A DNA stretch of 25,806 nt, taken from positions 1 through 25,806 of IMG/VR virus record IMGVR_UViG_3300009508_000053. The stretch is one strand, 5' to 3'. The position numbers and the translations under genes were made by a program. Positions 16,981 through 24,414 of this stretch are shown piece after piece. How positions within the stretch are numbered: the first letter of the stretch is position 1; each line of letters starts with the position of its first letter. The DNA is from a virus (taxonomy: Duplodnaviria; Caudoviricetes). The notes under the pieces were generated by a model. The model saw nothing but the letters and a program-made list of their open reading frames with translations, did not search any database and had not been told where the DNA came from.

Positions 16981-16989
16981 CAGTCCTTA

Positions 16990-17211
16990 TTACTTAACTG
17001 CTTTTAAATCTACACGTTGTGACTTACTAATCTTCTCCGACAATTCTATTATATATGAAGAATGATTCTCCATTAATTTTAGAATTGTAGGTAGAGTAGC
17101 TTTCTCTGCTTGTGCATTTGATAGATACCCTATTGCGTCTACGTTTAATCTTAACACAGTAACAATAGGTAGTTCTATATTCTGAGTTACGTATATATCT
17201 TCTGTTATCAT
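16990..17211 (-). CDS. Hypothetical protein (73 aa)
   Basis: ATGA-coupled to the upstream gene; last gene of the minus arm. Confidence 0.65.
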   Translation of the reverse strand: MITEDIYVTQNIELPIVTVLRLNVDAIGYLSNAQAEKATLPTILKLMENHSSYIIELSEKISKSQRVDLKAVK

Positions 17212-17420
17212 TGTAAGGCCGCCAGTTCGTTTTCAAGATAGTTATGGAGTTTAGTAAATTTGATGCGACTCTCTCTTACAATCTTCCTGATGAGAAACGC
17301 ATCTTCGTCCTTGAATATACTACTTATTTCATCGTAAGGCAACCCAGAAATTTCTGTTACTAGGTTACCTCTCGAATCAATTAGTATTCTAAATGATGCT
17401 AGATTAGCTTCAGATTTCAC
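17208..17420 (-). CDS. Hypothetical protein (about 70 aa)
   Basis: Probable GTG start at 17420 overlapping the end of the RNR gene (VKSEANLASFRILIDSRGNLVTEISGLP...). The track's start at 17441 overlaps more deeply. Confidence 0.6.
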   Translation of the reverse strand: MKSEANLASFRILIDSRGNLVTEISGLPYDEISSIFKDEDAFLIRKIVRESRIKFTKLHNYLENELAALQ

Positions 17421-19341
17421 ACATACCGCCAACACAAGCAAGCTCTTGGCTGCCTGTAGTCATGTCCTCAAACTCGAAAGCTGATAAAGCTTCCCAATCA
17501 AACTCAGGCATAGTCTTTAATACCTCAGAATATTTAGCTTCAGTACATTCAGTATAAGGAGCTTGGTCATAAGTATGATCACTATATGGTAGCAGACTGA
17601 TGCCACTCATCATATCAAAATTCTTCCACATCCAGCTACATATATCAAAGAACTCATCGTCTTTATAATAAACTGTGATAGAAGGTTTATGTTCACACCA
17701 GCTGTCTTGGTAAATCTTCCAAAGCTTTAGTTGTTCTAAGGCACCCATGTCTGTAGTGTATATAGCGCCTTTAGGGGACTTTACAGGGAAGCTAAAGACA
17801 AGAGTAGTACCATGATATAGGTCTTGTTCAGTAGGCTTTAGATGGCTCCTATCGCCGTCTACAGAAGGCTTACGAGTTACCTTAGTAGAGTCTACTTCAC
17901 AAGGGAAACCAGCCTGTAGCATGTACTGAGCCATAGGGTCTTTAGAATCTGCACGTACTGTCCTAATATAATAAGGACTGAAACGAGGATGAATACCACT
18001 AGCACTGTTAACAAGCTGTGAAACAGTACCGGAGGGTTTAACACAAGTAATAGCAGCAGCTTGGTTAATACCTAATCGTTTAGCCCACTTCTTGTTTGTC
18101 TCAACAGCTACTTCACGTAGAGTACTAAGCACCACATCAAGATCTTTACCTGAGTTAGTAATCTTAGCATCCATAATACCAGTGAGACTAACACCTAGCA
18201 GGGCTTCTTCCTCAGTATTCTTCTTCCAAATAGCACGAAGATAACGGAAGTCAGTCAGTGTAGCTTGTAAAGTTCCTAGAATAGCTGCAATGCGTACCTT
18301 CTCTTTTAAACTATCTAAGGTATCATCTGCACGTACAACTACTTCTGAAAGATTACAGAACTGATTAGGTCTGAGAATGATTTCACTACAGGGGTTAGTA
18401 CCAAAGTCATAGTCAGCTTCACGGCGACCATTACGAGCTGCAATCTTCTGTGCTGCTACCCGGCTAAAGACTCCACGCTCACCAGACTTAGAATCGTACA
18501 AAGCTTTCATCTCATCCATGAAGAAATTAAATTCAGGCTTCTCAGTATAACAAGCACTGTTATTAGCTAAGGCTCTTTGACCTTGTTCTTCCCACCACTG
18601 ACCACTCTTAGCGTTACGTAAGCGACCATCAGAAGGGTTAGACAAGCTGATCAAAGCACTACGCCTTACACCACCTACAACAATAACCTCTGCAATCTTA
18701 CAACACAGGTCATGGCACTCAAGGCTATTAAGCTTACGACCTGCTGCTCTTTTAAAGATCTCAACAGTATATTGAAACAGATCTACTAAAGGCTGTGGGC
18801 CACTTGCACGACCGCCAAAGGTCTTAAGACGTTCTCCTGCTGCTCTGACCTTAGTAACATCCCAGCTTGGAACTTCGCCAGCATAGAGCATAGCAATAAG
18901 CTGACGCATAGCCTTAGCCCAGCCAATCTTACTGTCTGCTACATCAATAGTAGTATCAGTAGCATGAAGCTTCTCTGCAATCTCAGGAAGCTTAGCAATA
19001 TACTGACGCTCTACGGAGAACCCTACACCTGTACCACACATGAGGATGTACATAAGCTCATCGAATGCTTTAGGGTGATCAATAGGTAGGTAGGAGCAGT
19101 TGAAACCTGCTACGTTATCCCTGTCTAATGCTGGCCCTGCTGTCATAACACAACGCATAGAAGGCATTACTTCTAGATTAACAATAGCGTCTGTGATCTT
19201 CTGCTTTTCTTCGTTACCAATCTTGTTGCCCCAATAGGCTACATAACGCTGGGCTGTTTCTTCCCATGTCTCACGCCTACTCTTATCATCTTGCCAACGA
19301 GCATAACGACTCGCTGCTATAAATTTACTGTAGTTATCCAT
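17410..19341 (-). CDS. nrdJ: Class II adenosylcobalamin-dependent ribonucleotide reductase (monomeric RTPR-like)
   Basis: GFNCSY, VVGGVRRSALI, TNPCSEIIL (thiyl Cys), QFCNLSE, TCVKPSGTVSQL, WCEHKPSIT and C-terminal ACVGGMCEI redox pair. No small subunit nearby and no C-terminal YY motif. Confidence 0.93.
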   Translation of the reverse strand: MDNYSKFIAASRYARWQDDKSRRETWEETAQRYVAYWGNKIGNEEKQKITDAIVNLEVMPSMRCVMTAGPALDRDNVAGFNCSYLPIDHPKAFDELMYILMCGTGVGFSVERQYIAKLPEIAEKLHATDTTIDVADSKIGWAKAMRQLIAMLYAGEVPSWDVTKVRAAGERLKTFGGRASGPQPLVDLFQYTVEIFKRAAGRKLNSLECHDLCCKIAEVIVVGGVRRSALISLSNPSDGRLRNAKSGQWWEEQGQRALANNSACYTEKPEFNFFMDEMKALYDSKSGERGVFSRVAAQKIAARNGRREADYDFGTNPCSEIILRPNQFCNLSEVVVRADDTLDSLKEKVRIAAILGTLQATLTDFRYLRAIWKKNTEEEALLGVSLTGIMDAKITNSGKDLDVVLSTLREVAVETNKKWAKRLGINQAAAITCVKPSGTVSQLVNSASGIHPRFSPYYIRTVRADSKDPMAQYMLQAGFPCEVDSTKVTRKPSVDGDRSHLKPTEQDLYHGTTLVFSFPVKSPKGAIYTTDMGALEQLKLWKIYQDSWCEHKPSITVYYKDDEFFDICSWMWKNFDMMSGISLLPYSDHTYDQAPYTECTEAKYSEVLKTMPEFDWEALSAFEFEDMTTGSQELACVGGMCEI

Positions 19342-19652
19342 TATCGTTTGTCTCCGTCACCTCTGATGGTGCCTCTCTCAAGGCGACCTGTTAATTTTTC
19401 TATATTATATATTGCAACTTCTTCTAGTTCAATACTGTTTTTCTTTAAAAGCACTGCAAGATTCCATAGTACATCACCTGCTTCAGCAATAACATCTTCT
19501 CTTACAATAGTTTTAACATCGCCACGTAGTAAAGGCTTTACAAAGATATCAACAAGCTCTGATGTTTCTATCATAAGACTTGCATAGGGGTAGAAAACAT
19601 TATCATAACTTGCAAATGTTTCTGCCTTATCTTGATATTCATTGAAATTCAT
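19341..19652 (-). CDS. MazG-like nucleotide pyrophosphohydrolase
   Basis: MNFNEYQ, ExxE (ETSE), EAGDVLWNLA, NIEKL...RGTIRGDGDKR signature. Confidence 0.85.
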   Translation of the reverse strand: MNFNEYQDKAETFASYDNVFYPYASLMIETSELVDIFVKPLLRGDVKTIVREDVIAEAGDVLWNLAVLLKKNSIELEEVAIYNIEKLTGRLERGTIRGDGDKR

Positions 19653-19938
19653 TTTTTAAAATCCTCTCATATTTAGCTTTAAGAAAGTCTTCATTCTTTT
19701 CTCTGTACTCTAGAAAAGTAATTAGCCCTTCCCCTTCTTCTGATCTCTCTGTACAGTTAAGAACGTACATAGTCCAGCAGTAATTTTTAAACTCTTCTTT
19801 ATCCATAGGTTTATCTCTCAAGTATCTAAAAATCACAACATTTAAAAACATGACTATAAGCATAGGTGCTGCTATTAATGCAGCTATTCCTAGCACAATA
19901 CCATTAAGATAGCTAAGCAGCTTATACAAGATTTTCAT
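19639..19938 (-). CDS. Hypothetical protein with N-terminal transmembrane segment (99 aa)
   Basis: Hydrophobic GIVLGIAALIAAPMLIVMFLNVVIF; ATGA-coupled to the upstream small gene. Confidence 0.6.
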   Translation of the reverse strand: MKILYKLLSYLNGIVLGIAALIAAPMLIVMFLNVVIFRYLRDKPMDKEEFKNYCWTMYVLNCTERSEEGEGLITFLEYREKNEDFLKAKYERILKNEFQ

Positions 19939-20084
19939 TTCAAAGCCTCTTCAGATTCTAACTTTCGCAGTTCTTTTTCTAAAGCCTTTTTAATATTCCT
20001 TTCTTTCTTAACGCCTTTAGACTTAACTTTTTTGTTATATCTACTGCGACGTTCTGCTTTAGTATCTAAATAGTTATTGTCCAT
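19935..20084 (-). CDS. Small basic hypothetical protein (49 aa)
   Basis: Read manually: MDNNYLDTKAERRSRYNKKVKSKGVKKERNIKKALEKELRKLESEEALK*. Fills the gap exactly, with ATGA coupling. Not in the ORF track. Confidence 0.65.
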   Translation of the reverse strand: MDNNYLDTKAERRSRYNKKVKSKGVKKERNIKKALEKELRKLESEEALK

Positions 20085-20403
20085 CGCTCTCTAAAACCTT
20101 TCTTAGTTTTTTCTCGTACCATTCAGCTTTTGAAATATCCTCTATACCATTTTTATTAGGGTAACGCCATCTATATTTAAAAGAGTTGCCACGTAGATAA
20201 CCTCTGAACTCTTCTGGAGTTAACATAGATTGCATAGCAACAATACATTCTACTTCCCCAGAATTGTAATGCTTAGGCTTAGCAACAACATCGTAAGTTA
20301 TTAAATCTTCTACGGTGTTATCTATTAAATTACTTTTGTAACTAGCCTTCCACGCTGAGTCCCATTGTTCAGGTACGATGTCATTCAGCCTGTTCTTCTT
20401 CAT
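20074..20403 (-). CDS. DUF3310 protein (T7 gp1.7 nucleotide-kinase-like)
   Basis: DVVAKPKHYNSGEVECI...GYLRGNSFKYRWRYPNKNGIEDISKAEWY. Start moved to the ATG at 20403 (GGAG SD). Confidence 0.85.
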   Translation of the reverse strand: MKKNRLNDIVPEQWDSAWKASYKSNLIDNTVEDLITYDVVAKPKHYNSGEVECIVAMQSMLTPEEFRGYLRGNSFKYRWRYPNKNGIEDISKAEWYEKKLRKVLESDGQ

Positions 20404-20830
20404 ACTCGCTTCTCCATGAGTCAGGTAATGTTTCTTCGGTATACCATCTAAAGTTATTATCTGTAGCCCATTCACCGTGGCTACGTTTTGTACCATCTTT
20501 CCTACGCTTAGCCTGTGGCATAGGGGCTGATGAGTTTGCAAATAAGAACACTAACTCTATGTCATCAGGCAAAGCTTTTCTAATCCATATGTACTTACTA
20601 AACTCAGCATAGTCCCAGAAGCGTCCCTTAGATTCTAATAAAATCTTCTTACGTTTTATCACACGTACAAAATCAGGGTGGTATACGTGATTTACTGTGT
20701 AAGGAACAGTGTCATCGTGGTGTATCCAATCCTTTAAGATAGTATTATGTAGGGTTTTTTCCCATTTTGAATCGTAGTCACTGGGTTTATCAGGATCTAC
20801 TGGTCTAACTTTTCTAGGTTTTCTGCTCAT
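20381..20830 (-). CDS. Phage endonuclease I-like Holliday junction resolvase (T7 gp3-like, PD-(D/E)XK)
   Basis: YDSKWE, YHPDF, LLESKGRF, ELVFLF and W.T.NNFRW. Confidence 0.8.
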   Translation of the reverse strand: MSRKPRKVRPVDPDKPSDYDSKWEKTLHNTILKDWIHHDDTVPYTVNHVYHPDFVRVIKRKKILLESKGRFWDYAEFSKYIWIRKALPDDIELVFLFANSSAPMPQAKRRKDGTKRSHGEWATDNNFRWYTEETLPDSWRSEYEEEQAE

Positions 20831-20988
20831 TAGTGAATAGCGCCTTTCCGTTTAATGAGTTCTAATTCTAACAGTACGAGTAGCTGTTGTACAATCTCAA
20901 TGGGTACTTCTCTCATTGTAGATTTCTCAACTACAAAGAAATTAGCAAGCATAAGTATCATATCTTCTGGTTGGTTTTCTACTATCAT
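20830..20988 (-). CDS. Small hypothetical protein (52 aa)
   Basis: Read manually: MIVENQPEDMILMLANFFVVEKSTMREVPIEIVQQLLVLLELELIKRKGAIH*. ATGA overlap at the start and TAATG overlap at the end. Not in the ORF track. Confidence 0.7.
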   Translation of the reverse strand: MIVENQPEDMILMLANFFVVEKSTMREVPIEIVQQLLVLLELELIKRKGAIH

Positions 20989-21272
20989 GATCTTTTAGTA
21001 GCTCTTATATACTCTGAAATTGTAGCAGCAGTTATATTTTCAATGAGTGTAAGTGGGTTGCGTTTAATAATCATCTTTATAATACGCGAAGAACCTTTCA
21101 AAGAATAAGGCATTGAGTAAGCTGTACCGTTTAAATAAGAGTAAGCGTTAGTCTTAGGTAGATTATTAACAGTAACCTTAGCAGCTTCTGTATCAGAGAG
21201 CATAGACTTCAGCCACTCTGTTGCAATAGCTTTTGATTGATTGTGAATTCTTTTAGCGACACGACCATTCGT
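20985..21272 (-). CDS. Hypothetical protein: 95 aa if started at ACG 21272 (apparent mutated ATG), 72 aa from ATG 21203
   Basis: The frame is open from ACG-AAT-GGT-CGT-GTC-GCT-AAA-AGA ([M]NGRVAKRIHNQSKAIATEWLKSMLSD...), with a GAGGA SD just upstream of the ACG. Confidence 0.6.
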   Translation of the reverse strand, partial: TNGRVAKRIHNQSKAIATEWLKSMLSDTEAAKVTVNNLPKTNAYSYLNGTAYSMPYSLKGSSRIIKMIIKRNPLTLIENITAATISEYIRATKRS

Positions 21273-22162
21273 ATATAAATTTCCTCAACTTTAGGTGTAG
21301 CAATTACCCTTGTAAAATATTTTAAACCTGTAGAATATTTAAAAGCTCTTAAGCCTTTACCGTTGTTAGCATCTGCCCAGCATTTGTTTTTAAAAGAACA
21401 ATAGGTACAGCCTGAAGCTAATCGCTTGTTGCCTTTAACGCCATCAGCTATATCTTCATAGCATCTATCAGGAGGTGTTTCTTTTTTTATTGATACTCTA
21501 AGGTTATCTATGTGCTTACTAATGTTAGGCTTTGAGAAAGGCCCCGGTCTGAATAAAGCCAGCTCACCTGACTCTTTATTGATTGCTAAGAAACCACCAT
21601 CCTCTGTACCTTCAGCAGTTTCATAAGCTGCTAACTGTGCGATATATCCGAAAGGGTCATCGTCAACTAACGAGCCAGTACTGAACTTTTTAAATGCAAA
21701 GTTAGATGCTGTTTTAATATCTACAACCTCACCATCTATCTTACAGTCCATGTGACCAACGATACCGTTAACAGTTACTTCTTTCTGTTGATCAGTTATC
21801 GCATGTCCTGACATCTTAATGAATAAGACTAACAACTCTTCTAGCAGATGTCCATACAGAAACTTAATCTGTGTAGCTTCATTTGGTATGTGCTTTGATT
21901 TTTCTGCTAACGATACTCTAGACTCATACCACAGCTTCCTTGCCGGGTGTCCTATGTTAGACATTCTTAAACCAGTTGACTGCTTGTGCGGAGATGCCCA
22001 GCTTTTAACAGCCTTCTTTACACTCTCTCCGAAATCTTCTATATCTTTATCAGCTATCTTAAGAGCCTTACCCTTTGATAAGTTTGATAATGATTTATAT
22101 ATGTCAGTTACTAGAGTATCTAAGCTCAAGCTTGAGTTGTTTATTTTCTTCTTCGTCGTCAT
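21209..22162 (-). CDS. PD-(D/E)XK (Cas4/RecB-like) phage exonuclease; the last 20 aa may be a read-through extension
   Basis: LRMSNIG, KFLYGHLLE, GHMDCKIDGEVVDIKTAS, GYIAQLAAY and CTYCSFKNKCW. Confidence 0.85.
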   Translation of the reverse strand: MTTKKKINNSSLSLDTLVTDIYKSLSNLSKGKALKIADKDIEDFGESVKKAVKSWASPHKQSTGLRMSNIGHPARKLWYESRVSLAEKSKHIPNEATQIKFLYGHLLEELLVLFIKMSGHAITDQQKEVTVNGIVGHMDCKIDGEVVDIKTASNFAFKKFSTGSLVDDDPFGYIAQLAAYETAEGTEDGGFLAINKESGELALFRPGPFSKPNISKHIDNLRVSIKKETPPDRCYEDIADGVKGNKRLASGCTYCSFKNKCWADANNGKGLRAFKYSTGLKYFTRVIATPKVEEIYIRMVVSLKEFTINQKLLQQSG

Positions 22163-22655
22163 CTTGTATCTCGTCTGTGTGTTTAGTTAAAACATTAATT
22201 GCTTCTGATAGTAACACGTCAAACCACTCACCCGCTACACCTTTAGATATTTTTATAAGTTTATCGTGTATCTTTTTCTCTGCTGCTCGCCTGTCGGATG
22301 TGACAATGTAATGCTCTAGATAGTAGTCGCGTAGTGGACTTGATGTCTGGTAGCTATTTACTCTATCGTTAATGTCAGCAGCCATACCTACCTTGTACCA
22401 CCCTTCCCATGCTGGGTTAGATAAGATGTAAACATAACCTTCCTTCGTTAGTGTGTACTTAGGAAGAGATGAGAAGGCAGCTTCTTGAAATGATTTATAG
22501 CGCCCTGATTTATGTAGGGTATGACTCTTAGAAACTTCCTTGCCATTCAAGTACATCCTCTTAGAATCACGTAGCTTTACAGCAGCCGGGTTATCTTTAT
22601 AGTAATAAGGCTTACCTGTCTTAGGGTTAATCTCTTTCACGTTAGTGTGTTTCAC
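22104..22655 (-). CDS. T5orf172 / GIY-YIG-like domain protein
   Basis: EGYVYILSNPAWEGWYKVGMA...RVNSYQTSSP...AEKKIH...GEWF. Confidence 0.82.
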   Translation of the reverse strand: MKHTNVKEINPKTGKPYYYKDNPAAVKLRDSKRMYLNGKEVSKSHTLHKSGRYKSFQEAAFSSLPKYTLTKEGYVYILSNPAWEGWYKVGMAADINDRVNSYQTSSPLRDYYLEHYIVTSDRRAAEKKIHDKLIKISKGVAGEWFDVLLSEAINVLTKHTDEIQDDDEEENKQLKLELRYSSN

Positions 22656-24414
22656 TCCAGTTATCTCCTACCTTGTATTCCCCATCAAGTGGGCAATTAA
22701 GTTTAAGAACTTTACCAGCTTCGATGATAGCCTCTACACCTAGCTTACCTACTAGCTCAGCATGTTCAGCTATAACCTCGATCTGCCACTCATCATGTAC
22801 ATTAGCTACGAAGTGAGCATCTATATCTTTAATCTTATCAGCTAAGATAACCAATGCTTTCTTCATAGTGATGGCACCTGCTCCCTGTAGCAAAGAGTTA
22901 AGTGCTGCGTGTTCACTACGGATATAAATCTTACGACCATCTAAACTTTTTAAATGACCTTTTGATGCTGCTCTGCTAACTTTATCTTTAAGATGTGCAA
23001 ATGATGGGAGATTATCAAAGAATGATTTTCTAAGGTCTGCTCCAGTTTTTGCACCTCCTCCAGCCACGCTTCCAAGCTTAGCATCTCCTGCTCCGTATAA
23101 GAGTGCATAGATGAAAGTCTTAGCCTGATTTCTTGATTCAAGTCCTGCAAGTTTTTGATTAGTGGTATGTATGTCGCCGTTAATGATTTCATTTGTGTAC
23201 TCCTTGTCGTCCATGTAGTGAGCCAGCATCCTTAACTCTAAGCCACTGGCATCTATACCTACTAATTTATATCCTTTGGGTACAGTCCAGCATGATCTAC
23301 ATTCTTCTCCATACTTTGAACCAGCATTAGGAACCTGTGCCATGTTGGGACTTAGATGTGACATACGTCCTGTGATAGTTCCATTCGCTATAACAAACCC
23401 GTGTACTCTATTGTCATCGCCAAGGAACTTTAGCCAAGACTTTATCTGACCTTCTCTCTTTTGAAGCAGAAAGAATTCTTTGATAAGCTCAGCCTCTGGT
23501 ATACCTTTTATCTGACTCAGTGTTTTCTCGTTAACTACTGGTCTATCATTAACAGTAAACTCAGTGGGCTTCCAGCCGAAGTCTTGTAAGTACTCACCAA
23601 TCTGTAACCTCGATCCAAGATTAAGCTCAATCGATGTTGTCCTTGTAATACTTAAAGGATAAGCATGATTCTTTTCGTGGAACAAGGCGTACTCTTCCTC
23701 CGTTAACCTTACACCCTTACCCTCAGAATCTTCTGCAATCTTTGAAATGCTACTAGACTTGGTATAACGAGGGAACAGTTTTAGTTTGGTTATCTTAGGG
23801 TGAAATACATTAGTGACCTCTTGCTCTACTACCTGCATCCTTTCTCGTATCTCAGCAAGAAGAAGCTCTGCCTTTTTAAAATCAAAGTAGAAGCCATGCT
23901 CTTCCTGTGTCTTCATGATAAATGCTATGTCTTGCTCAAGTTTAATTGATTCAAGTGAGAAGCCACGACTCTCTTCTCTGAGTTTAAAATATGCAGCAGT
24001 GTTCAGCTCCACATCTCGTATACAATAAGTAAGCATCTCATTACTGTAAGCATCAAACTCTTTGAAAGCAATCTTAGGAAAGTTTAATAACTGTCCCCAA
24101 CGAGAAAGACCATGACCACCATCACGGGTTGGGTTAAACAACCTAGACAGTACTAAGGTATCTATTATATTTTTATCTTTGCTGAAGTCAGGTCTATTCA
24201 TTAGCCGTTGAATAACAGGGATATCAAAACCTATAATGTTATGACCGACTAAATCATCTGCACTCTCAAGCAGATCACATCCTTCTTCTAACTGATTAGG
24301 CCCATAGGTGTAGATGGTTTTAGTATCTACATCCTGCGCTACAATACACCATATCTTTGTAGCATCTAAACCGTCAGTCTCGACATCAAAAACAAGTCTT
24401 GTCATTTCATTCAA
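22642..24414 (-). CDS. polA: Family A DNA polymerase, T7-like, with 3'-5' exonuclease (start may be 24405)
   Basis: Exo I FDVETDG, Exo II GHNIIGFD, Exo III YCIRDV, TGRMSH, motif A DASGLELRMLAHY, motif B RNQAKTFIYALLYGAG, motif C VHDEWQ. Confidence 0.95.
   Translation of the reverse strand: MNEMTRLVFDVETDGLDATKIWCIVAQDVDTKTIYTYGPNQLEEGCDLLESADDLVGHNIIGFDIPVIQRLMNRPDFSKDKNIIDTLVLSRLFNPTRDGGHGLSRWGQLLNFPKIAFKEFDAYSNEMLTYCIRDVELNTAAYFKLREESRGFSLESIKLEQDIAFIMKTQEEHGFYFDFKKAELLLAEIRERMQVVEQEVTNVFHPKITKLKLFPRYTKSSSISKIAEDSEGKGVRLTEEEYALFHEKNHAYPLSITRTTSIELNLGSRLQIGEYLQDFGWKPTEFTVNDRPVVNEKTLSQIKGIPEAELIKEFFLLQKREGQIKSWLKFLGDDNRVHGFVIANGTITGRMSHLSPNMAQVPNAGSKYGEECRSCWTVPKGYKLVGIDASGLELRMLAHYMDDKEYTNEIINGDIHTTNQKLAGLESRNQAKTFIYALLYGAGDAKLGSVAGGGAKTGADLRKSFFDNLPSFAHLKDKVSRAASKGHLKSLDGRKIYIRSEHAALNSLLQGAGAITMKKALVILADKIKDIDAHFVANVHDEWQIEVIAEHAELVGKLGVEAIIEAGKVLKLNCPLDGEYKVGDNWSETH

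Noticed and set aside
20404-20541. 46-aa N-terminal extension of the DUF3310 ORF
   Set aside because: It lies within the endonuclease gene; the ATG at 20403 has an SD.
21209-22162. Cas4-like nuclease as evidence of a CRISPR system
   Set aside because: No repeat-spacer array or other cas genes; stand-alone PD-(D/E)XK exonucleases are usual in phage replication modules.
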